A stretch of 64,000 nt of DNA from an uncultured Acidobacteriota bacterium (GTDB lineage: Bacteria > Acidobacteriota > Thermoanaerobaculia > UBA5066), in NCBI GenBank assembly GCA_963776915.1, contig CAVZPE010000013.1:82951-146950 (forward strand), written 5' to 3'. Below, in pieces: positions 55,781-64,000 of this stretch (position 1 is its first letter; each line of letters begins with the position of its first letter). A model generated the notes under the pieces. It saw only the letters and a list, made by a program, of their open reading frames with translations. It was not told where the DNA came from and made no database searches. Position numbers and translations under genes: made by a program.

Positions 55781-57691
55781 ATGTTGAGCTTCGAGGTCCG
55801 CAAGACGGGCGGCGAATCGGAAATCCGCAAAGTCCATCGGGACGTCATCCACATCGGCGCCTCGACGGGGAACGACCTCGTCGTCCGCGCGCGCGGTGTC
55901 CTCGGGCGGCACGCCCGGATCTCGGTCGCGGGCGAGGAGCTCCGGCTGGAGGTTCTCGGGACCTCCCCGGGAGCGGACGTCACCCTGAACGGCTCGGTCG
56001 TGAAGACCGCGGCGCTCGCCGCCGGCGACCGGATCAGCATCGGCGAGGCGACGATCACGCTCCTGAACGGCCCGGCGCCGAACCCGAACCGCATCTCGGC
56101 GCCCCCGCCGCGCGGGCGCGACGCGTTCTCTCTCGCCCAGGCGGCTCTCGCCCCGGCCCCGCCGCAGCCCTCGCCCGTCCTCGTGGCCGCCGCGCCGGGC
56201 CGACAGGCCGTGCCGGCCCCCGTGCCCCGCGCCATCGCCGTCGCCGAGGTCCGCCGCGCCGAGGAGCAGCCGGCGGCCGACCCATGGGCCGGCTTCTACG
56301 CGGTCCTCCGCCGGCCTGTTCCGTTCGAGGAGGTCCTCCAGGACCTCGTGACGTACGTCGCCTCCGCGACGCCCCTCCACAGCCTCGCGTTCATCTCGCT
56401 GCAGCCCGCGAACGAGGGCGAGGCGATCGCCGCGGTCTGGAAGGGCACTCTCCCGAAGCTTTCGGCCAAGGCGCTCGCGGACGCGCGGGCGCTCCCGGGG
56501 CCCGGCGACGTCTTCGAGGGCGGCGCCCGCCTCAAGGTCTTCCCGGTCCCGCGCCCCGCCGCGGACCCGGTCGGGCTTCTCGTCCTCCCGCTGGACACGC
56601 TCTCGGACCCGGCGCTCTTCGACTTCGCGGCACACGCCGCGGCCGCGGTCGGGTTCGTGCACGCCGAGCGCAGCGAGGGCGCGTTCGGGGAGCGCGGGGC
56701 CGCCAGCGTTCCCGCCTCGCCGTCCGCCTCGGGTCTCGACGACCCGCTCGGCCTTCTCGTGGGGGCGTCGATCGCGATGCAGAACCTCAAGGCGTCGCTC
56801 TCGCGCGTCGCCTCGGCGCGCGCGCCGCTGCTCCTCGTGGGCGACGTCGGGTCGGGCAAGACGCTCGTCGCCGAGACGCTGCACGCACTGTCACCGCGGC
56901 GCAGTCGACCGCTCGTCCGCGTCGCGGCCACGGCCGCGAGCCCGCAGGCGCTCGAGGAGGACCTCATCGGTCTCGCGGCGACGGCGGGCGACCGCCGCCG
57001 GCGCACCGGCCGGCTCTTCGAGGCCGACGGAGGCACGCTCCTCATCGAGGAGGTCGGCGACCTGCCCGCGCCGACCCAGGCGCTCCTCTTCCGTCTCCTC
57101 GAGGCGCGCGAGGTCACGGCGCCCGGCGGGCGCACGGTGCCGCTGGACGTGCGGGTCATCGGGACCACGTCGCGCCCGCTCACGCGGGCCGTCGAGGACG
57201 GCCACTTCCGCGACGACCTCTACTTCCGCCTCTCGGCGCTCACGCTGCGCCTCCCGCCGCTCAAGGACCACAAGGAGGACATCCCCGCCCTTCTCGACGC
57301 GCTCGCGGCGCGGCACGGCGGCCCGACGGCGGCGCGCTTCGACGTCGAGGCGATGAACGCCCTCCTGAACTACCAGTACCCGGGCAACGTCCGCGAGCTC
57401 GAGAACGAGGTGCGCCGGCTCGCGGCCCAGGTCGGGTCGGGCGCGGTGGCGCTCGCCGACCTCGACCAGAAGTTCTCCGGCGAGCACGTCGAGCTCGCGC
57501 TCAAGGAGAGCGACGACCTCAAGGAGATCGTCGAGAAGGTCGAGCGCCAGGTCATCGAGCGCGTCATGCGAAAGGTGCGCGGCAACCAGTCGCTCGGCGC
57601 GCGGCTCCTGAACATCTCGCGCGGCAGCCTCATCGCGAAGATGAAGGAGTACGACATCAAGGACTTCCGGTACCTGAAGCGAGGGGACTGA
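55781..57691 (+). CDS. FHA domain - AAA+ (sigma-54 activator-type) - Fis-HTH transcriptional regulator
   Basis: N-terminal FHA-like ..VIHIGASTGNDLVV..RHARISV... Walker A ..VGDVGSGKT.., ..GGTLLIEEVGDL.., ..RVIGTTS.., ..GNVRELEN.. and a C-terminal ..GNQSLGARLLNISRGSLIAKMKEY... The GAFTGA loop is degenerate. Confidence 0.85.
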   Translation: MLSFEVRKTGGESEIRKVHRDVIHIGASTGNDLVVRARGVLGRHARISVAGEELRLEVLGTSPGADVTLNGSVVKTAALAAGDRISIGEATITLLNGPAPNPNRISAPPPRGRDAFSLAQAALAPAPPQPSPVLVAAAPGRQAVPAPVPRAIAVAEVRRAEEQPAADPWAGFYAVLRRPVPFEEVLQDLVTYVASATPLHSLAFISLQPANEGEAIAAVWKGTLPKLSAKALADARALPGPGDVFEGGARLKVFPVPRPAADPVGLLVLPLDTLSDPALFDFAAHAAAAVGFVHAERSEGAFGERGAASVPASPSASGLDDPLGLLVGASIAMQNLKASLSRVASARAPLLLVGDVGSGKTLVAETLHALSPRRSRPLVRVAATAASPQALEEDLIGLAATAGDRRRRTGRLFEADGGTLLIEEVGDLPAPTQALLFRLLEAREVTAPGGRTVPLDVRVIGTTSRPLTRAVEDGHFRDDLYFRLSALTLRLPPLKDHKEDIPALLDALAARHGGPTAARFDVEAMNALLNYQYPGNVRELENEVRRLAAQVGSGAVALADLDQKFSGEHVELALKESDDLKEIVEKVERQVIERVMRKVRGNQSLGARLLNISRGSLIAKMKEYDIKDFRYLKRGD

Positions 57692-57762
57692 GCGGTCTCG
57701 TCTTTGCCCGGGTGAGTCCCGCCGGTCTCGCGTCACTCCGAGACAGAGCGCCGGAGGTTGCG

Positions 57763-58227
57763 ATGAATGCTGGGCGTGCCTTCGCGTTCGTCCTGATGCC
57801 GCTGTTCCTGACCTCCTCTCTCGCCCTCGCCGAGGACGCGCCGCCCGCCGACCAAGGAGGCCGCCGCCGCGCGCGAGGCTCCCGCCTCCCCGGCCCCTCC
57901 CGCGAAGGGCCTCGTCGTCTTCGTCGACCCGGTGACGGGGAAGATCCGTCAGCCGGATCGCGGCCGAGATCGGCGCGCTGACGTCGCCGCCGCCGGGCAC
58001 GAAGACCGCCCCGCCCGCCCCCGAGGCTCCGCTCCTCATGACGTACGGCCCGGGCGGCGCCGTGGGCGTCGTCCTCGACAGCCGCTACGAGAGCTTCATG
58101 GTCGCGACGAAGGCCCCGGACGGGAAGCTCGCGACGGACGTGCGTCACGGGCGGCCGCAACGCGGACGCCGCCGTCGCGGCCGCCGCGAAGGCAGCCGGG
58201 AAGACCGGGATGACAGATAGGCGATAA
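57763..58227 (+). CDS. secreted hypothetical protein (about 2-3 apparent frameshifts; 3' end uncertain)
   Basis: GGAGG SD and signal peptide MNAGRAFAFVLMPLFLTSSLALAEDA. It then reads ..GLVVFVDPVTGKIRQPD.. and ..LLMTYGPGGAVGVVLDSRYESFMVATKAPDGKLATD.. in other frames. Confidence 0.4.
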
Positions 58228-58259
58228 GACAGCGAAGAAGGAGAGCACGGAGGCGGTCC

Positions 58260-59679
58260 GTGTTCCGTAAGGGCTTCGGCCTCGTCCTCCTCGTCGCGCT
58301 CCTCTTCCTTTCGGTCGCCCGCATTCGGCGCGGCCACGATCGTCATCCAGAACGGCGATCCCGCGGGCGTCGGCTTCAACGACGCGACCGTCGTCGCCCC
58401 GGTCGGGGGCAACACCGGCACGACGCTCGGCCAGCAGCGGCTGATCGCGTTCCAGGCCGCCGCCGACAAGTGGGGCGCCACGCTGTCGAGCGCGGTCACG
58501 ATCCGCGTCCTCGCCACGTGGGAGGCTCTCACGTGCAACGCGACGTCGGCCGTCCTCGGCAGCGCGGGGGCGACGTTGGTCTTCCGCGACTTCACCGGCG
58601 CCCCCGTCGGCGGGCATTGGTACGGAAAGGCGCTCGCGAACAAGCTCTTCGGGAACGACCTCAATAGCTCCACGGCGGACATCCGGGCGCGGTTCAACGT
58701 CAACCTCGGCCAGGCCGGATGCCTCGACGGCGTCTTCTTCTACCTCGGCCTCGACAACAACCACGGCGCGAACGTCGACCTCGTGACCGTCCTCGAGCAC
58801 GAGTTCGCGCACGGGCTCGGCTTCCAGACCTATACGAACGGCTCGACAGGCGCCCAGCTCGCGGGCTTCCCGTCGATCTGGGACGACTTCCTCCTCGACA
58901 CGACGACGGGGAAGGCCTGGTCCGACATGACGGACGCCGAGCGCGTGACCTCGGCCCTGAACACCCGGAGGCTCGTCTGGAACGGCGCGAACGCGACGGC
59001 GGCCGTGCCGACGGTCCTCCAGCCGGGCACGCCGCTCCTGACCGTGACGGCGCCGCCGTCCGTCGCCGGCGCGTACTCGATCGGCGCGGCGTCCTTCGGG
59101 CCCGCGCTGAACAGCCCCGGCGTCACGGGCGAGGTCATGCAGGTCGTCGACACGGCGCCGAACGCCGGCCTCGCGTGCGCGCCGCTCTCGGCCCTGAACG
59201 CCGCCGCCGTGAACGGGAAGATCGCGGTCGTGGACCGCGGGACGTGCACGTTCAACGTCAAGGTCAAGGCCGCCCAGGACGCGGGCGCCGTGGCCGCCGT
59301 CGTCGTGGACAACGTCGCCGGCTCTCCGCCGGCCGGGCTCGGGGGCACGGACGCGACCGTGACGATCCCGTCCGCCCGCGTCACGCTCGCGGACGGAAAC
59401 GCGCTGAAGGCGGCGCTCGCGACGCGCTCGCGCCTGCATTCCGGAATGTCCGCGAACCTCGGGATCAACCTCGCGATCCGCCAGGGCGCGGACGGTCTCG
59501 GCCGGGCGCTGCTCTACACGCCGAATCCCTACCAGGCGGGATCCTCCGTCTCCCACTGGGACACGATCGCCTTCCCGAACCATCTCATGGAGCCCGCGAT
59601 CAACGGCGACCTCACGCACGAGGTCGCGCCCCCGAACGACCTGACGTTCCCGCTCCTCGAAGACATCGGCTGGAACTAG
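58260..59679 (+). CDS. secreted zinc metalloprotease with PA (protease-associated) domain (1 apparent frameshift near 58320)
   Basis: Signal MFRKGFGLVLLVALLFLSVA, ..VTVLEHEFAHGLGF.. (HExxH), and a PA-like insert ..GKIAVVDRGTCTFNVKVKAAQDAGAVAAVVVDN... Confidence 0.75.
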
Positions 59680-59692
59680 GAAGGAGCCGCGC

Positions 59693-60979
59693 ATGCGAAA
59701 CCCGACCTCGCGCCTCCTCCCCGTCTTCGCCGCGGCGGCGCTCCTCGCGCCCGCGTTCGCGTTCGGCCAGCCCCTGACCGAGAACTTCGACTCCGTGGCC
59801 GGCCTCGGCGCGGCGGGCTGGGTCCAGGTCAACAACGGCAATCCCACGGGCACGACGGGCTGGTTCCAGGGGAACCCGGCCGTCTTCTCCGCGCAGGGCG
59901 GCTCGGCCGACAGCTACGCCGCCGCGAACTTCAACGGCGCGACGTTCGGCGGCAACGTGAGCACGTGGCTCCTCACCCCGACTGCTCCCGAACCTCCAGA
60001 ACGGCTCGGCGCTGTCGTTCTACACGCGCGCGGAGACGTCCGCGCCCGCCGCGGACAGGCTCGAGGTGCGCCTGAGCACGAACGGCTCGAGCACGAACGT
60101 CGGCGCCACGGACGCGAGCGTCGGCGACTTCACGACGCTGCTCCTCGACCGTGAACCCGTCCCTGACCGTGGGCGGGTACCCGACCGCGTGGACCCAGTT
60201 CACGGTCACGCTGTCCGGTCTTCCGCCGGGTCCGACGGCGGGGCGCATCGCGTTCCGTCACGTCGTTCCGGACAGCTCGACGAACGCGGACACGATCGGG
60301 CTCGACACGCTGGGCGTGTCGGGCACGTGTCCCATCCCGCCTCCTCTCGTCATGACGGCGCCCTCGGAAGTCGGCGCCGGCTCTCCGAACCGCGTCGCGA
60401 GCGTCGCGTCGATCGTCGGGGCGACGCTACGCCTGGTCGATCACGAACGGCACGATCACGGGCGGCCAGGGCACGAACCAGGTCACGTTCACGGCGGGCA
60501 CGCCCGGGACGCTCGTGCTGAACGTCAGCCTGACGAAGGACTTCTGCCCTTACGGCGGCGCGTTCGCGAACGTCACGGTGCTGCCGGTCGGCTCCGCCGT
60601 CCAGTTCTACGCGCTCACGCCCTGCCGTCTCATCGACACGCGCAACCCGACCGGGCCGCTCGGCGGGCCGGCGCTGCTGCCCGCGCCGTCGCCCGACCGC
60701 ACGTTCGCGATCGCGGGCGTCTGCGGCATCCCGTCGGACGCGCGGGCCGTCTCGCTGAACGTGACCGTCACGAACGTCCAGGCGGGCGGCACGCTCCTCC
60801 TGTACCGGGGCGACGGCGCGCCGTCTCTGGCGTCGTCGATCAACTTCCGTCCGGGAGTCACGCGCGCGAACAACGGCCTCACGCAGCTCGCCCTCGACGG
60901 ATCGGGGACCTTCAGGGTCCAGAACGCGTCCGCGGGCACGGTGGACCTCGTCGTGGACGTGAACGGCTACTTCCGCTGA
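59693..60979 (+). CDS. secreted protein, choice-of-anchor-J-like N-terminal domain (3 or more apparent frameshifts)
   Basis: Signal MRNPTSRLLPVFAAAALLAPAFAFG and ..ENFDSVAGLGAAGWVQVNNGNPTGTTGWFQGNP... Later segments are in other frames (..RLEVRLSTNGSSTNVG.., ..FYALTPCRLIDTRNP..VDVNGYFR*). Confidence 0.5.
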
Positions 60980-61068
60980 CCGGGGCCCGAAGCGCCGGCC
61001 GCCTCCTCTTTCGTGTTGAGACTCCGTCTCGCGAGAGGTAGGCTCCGCCCGCAACCCCGGGAGGAGTC

Positions 61069-64000
61069 ATGAAAATCGAAGCCGGTCGTCCGGTGGCTTG
61101 CCCGCGTCTGCGGCGCGGGTGCGAGCGCGTTCCTCTTCGTCGTCCTCACCTGCGGCGGCGGGCCGGCGGAGGCCCAGGCGATCGGCCAGCAGGCGGCCGC
61201 GCAGATCCAGGCGCTTCTCGCCGAGAAGGACGCGCGGACTCCCGTTCAGCGCAAGATCGACTCGAACCTCCTCTACGCGATCAGGATGAACCGGGGACAG
61301 GCGATCGCCGCGGGAGTCGGGACGCTTCAGACGACGGTCGACGTCGGAGCCGATTCCGCCACGGTCGTGGACATCGTCGCGCACCGGCCGGACACCCTGA
61401 CCGACACGATCCGGAGCCTGGGCGGCCAGGTCATCGAGCCTGCAGCCTGCCTACCGGAGCCTCCGGGCCCGCGTGCCGCTCCAGAAGCTGGAGACGCTGG
61501 CCGCGATCCCGTCGGTCGTCTTCATCCGGCCGAAGCAGGACGCGATCGTCTGGCGCGAGGTCCGGGAAGGCGAGCGCGTCGATCGCGTGCGATCCGCGCT
61601 CACGGCGGCGCTCGCGCGGAAGACGCTGGTGGGCAGCGTGACCTCGGAGGGCGACGTCACGCACCGGGCCAACCTGGTGCGGTCCACGCTCGGGGTGACC
61701 GGCGCCGGCGTGAAGGTCGGGGTCCTGTCGGACGGGGTCACGTCTCTCGGGCTGCTCCAGGCCTCGGGCGACCTGCCGGCCGTCACGGTCCTTCCCGGGC
61801 AGGCGGGAGAAGGCGACGAAGGCACGGCCATGCTCGAGATCGTCCACGACCTCGCGCCGGGCGCCGCGCTGTACTTCGCGACGGCGCTCCCCGACATCGC
61901 GAGCTTCGCCCAGAACATCAAGGACCTCCGCACCGCGGGCTGCGACATCATCATCGACGACGTCGGGTATTTCGTCGAGACGCCGTTCCAGAAGGGCCAG
62001 GCCCCGAGCGTCGTGTCCGACACGAACGGCGGCATCGTCACGCAGGCCGTCGTCGACGTGACCGCGGCCGGCGCCCTGTACTTCAGCTCCGCGGGGAACT
62101 CGGGCAGCAAGGACAAGAGCACCTCGGGCACGTGGGAGGGCGACTTCGTCGACGGCGGCGCCGTGGCGACCCCGGTCGCCGGGACGGGAAACGTCCACGA
62201 CTTCGGCGGCGGCCAGACCTACGACGTCCTCACGGCCGGCGGATTCGCGAACACGCTCCACTGGTCGGACCCTCTCGGGGGTTCCTCGAACGACTACGAC
62301 CTGTTCCTGCTGAACAGCACGGGCACGACGTCCGCGCGTCCTCGACGAACGTGCAGAACGGAACGCAGGACCCCTTCGAGATCGTCGGGTCCGAGAGCGC
62401 GAACGACCGCATCGTGATCGTCAGGAGAACGGGGGCGGCGTCCCGGTTCCTGCACCTCGACACCCTGCGCGGCACGCTCTCGATCTCGACCGCCGGAAGC
62501 ACGCACGGGCACAACGCGCCGCCCGGGCCCTACGCCTTCAGCGTCGCGGCCACGCCCGCGTCCGGGGCGTTCGGGCTCCCCCCGAACCCGACGGGCCCGT
62601 ACCCGGGCGTCTTCAACGCGTCGAACACGCTGGAGCTCTTCAGCTCGGACGGTCCGAGGCGCTTCTTCTACAACGCCGACTCGACGCCGATCACGCCGGG
62701 GGACGTCTCCTCGACGGGCGGCGAGGCGCAGCAGAAGCCGGATTTCACGGCGGCCGACGGCGGCGTCTGCGGCGCGCAGGGATTCAGCCCGTTCTTCGGG
62801 ACGTCGGCGGCGGCACCGCACGCCGGCGCGATCGCCGCGCTCGTGAAGTCGGCCGCCCCCGTGGCGACGCAGGCGCAGCTGAAGTCGTTTCTCCTGACGG
62901 GCGTCATCGACGTCGAGGGCGCGGGCGTCGACCGCGACAGCGGCGCGGGCATCCTGGACGCGCTCTCCGCCGTGCAGGCCACGGGCACCGCGGCGCAGGC
63001 CTCCTTCATCCCGGGGACTTCCGCCCTGACCGAGGGCAACGGAGACGGCAACGGCAGCGTCGAGCCCGGCGAGTGCGGGTCGCTCGTCGTTCCTCTCACG
63101 AACGCGAACGCCACCGTCGGCGCGACGGCGATCTCGGCCACGCTGACCACGTCCACCCCGGGCGTGACCATCGACACGGCCACGTCGGCCTACCCGAACA
63201 TCGGCGGCGGGGGAACGGCTTCGAACGCCACGCCGTTCACGTTCCATCTCTCGACCTCCGTCTCGTGCCCGCTCTTCATCGACTTCACGTTGACCGTGAC
63301 GTTCACCGGCGGGACCAGTCCCCAGGCGCTGACCTTCAGGCTGCGCGCGGGCCGGCCGGCCACCGTCGTGTCCGAGACGCTCGACGGCTCGACCCCCGTG
63401 GCGCCGGCGGGCTTCTCGGCCGCGACCGGCAACCAGACCGCGCGCATCTCGCGCGACGGCGTCATCGGAACGTGCGGGATCACGAAGACCGTGGTCACGC
63501 ACGGGGTCGGGAACCCGGCGCTACGACGCCTACACGTTCACGAACTGCTCGAACTCCGCAAGCTGCCTCACCGTCAGCCTGAATCACCCGGGGTTCCCCG
63601 GCGGGACGGGTCTCGTCCAGCTCTTCGCGTCGGCCTATGCCGGCTCCTTCAACCCCGCCAGCATCGCGTCCAACTACATTGCGGACTCCGGCTCGAGCGG
63701 TGTGCAGCGGGACTTCACATTCACGGCGACGCCCGGCCAGACGTACGTCGTCGTCGTGAGCGAGGTGAATTCGGGCGCCGCCGCTTCGTACCCTTACACG
63801 CTGACGATCGACGGTCTCTGCGCTGCGTGCCAGACCTACACGACCCCGTACACCTGCTGCCCGACCATCGCCCTGTCGCCCGCGGCCTTGCCGGACGGAG
63901 TCGCCGGGTCGCCGTACGCGCAGGTCCTGACGCCGACGGCCGGGACGGCGCCGTTCACGTTCGACGTCTCCGGGCTCCCGGCGGGGATGACGCCGACGAC
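61069..64000 (+). CDS. large secreted subtilase (S8)-like serine protease, partial at window end (several apparent frameshifts)
   Basis: Signal-like ..ASAFLFVVLTCGGGPAEAQA... The catalytic triad context is ..VGVLSDGV.. (Asp), ..EGTAMLEIVHDLAPGA.. (His) and ..FFGTSAAAPHAGAIAAL.. (Ser). It continues past 64000. Confidence 0.75.

Overview
This is a 64-kb, very GC-rich bacterial chromosomal segment (roughly 70% GC by eye) that is almost fully coding. The gene content includes three ECF sigma/anti-sigma pairs, a PD40/TolB-type beta-propeller kinase, an M16 peptidase, an aa3/caa3-type oxidase and many secreted proteases. That mix suggests a soil-type diderm bacterium, but no phylogenetic marker gene is present.

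Main blocks:
1. A metY-metX operon preceded by a promoter, a Met/Cys-codon-rich leader ORF and an intrinsic terminator.
2. An RRM RNA-binding protein gene, a decayed SRPBCC gene, a secreted HExxH peptidase and an ECF sigma/anti-sigma pair.
3. A 6.5-kb lower-GC insert bracketed by 148-bp direct repeats. Each repeat carries a complete tRNA-Thr(CGU) gene plus its promoter. The cargo is a radical-SAM/SPASM operon with small ORFs, a membrane protein, a secreted beta-barrel-like protein, a decapitated kinase/beta-propeller gene and an IS fragment.
4. Housekeeping and envelope genes: methyltransferase, NnrS-like protein, SPOR protein, MBL-fold protein, and an ECF-controlled thioredoxin module.
5. An adenylation-less C-T-TE mini-NRPS gene, next to a tightly coupled aceA-ACP-acyl-CoA-ligase-AsnB-NadE operon.
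6. A long minus-strand array carrying OmpA-like, Ser/Thr kinase, M16 peptidase and a cox operon. The cox operon contains three copies of an odd low-GC polypurine/polypyrimidine element.
7. A polytopic c-type cytochrome pair, a RelE/AbrB toxin-antitoxin pair, smc, a LuxR regulator and an FHA-AAA+ activator.
8. A cluster of secreted proteases.

No rRNA genes, CRISPR arrays or intact transposases or integrases were seen.

Caveat: about 25 of about 65 genes can only be read by switching reading frame one or more times, often at G/C homopolymers. The many very long ORFs in the supplied track are high-GC shadow frames or frame-fused composites. All coordinates of frameshifted genes are envelopes, and all family calls come from motif recognition by eye, not from searches.
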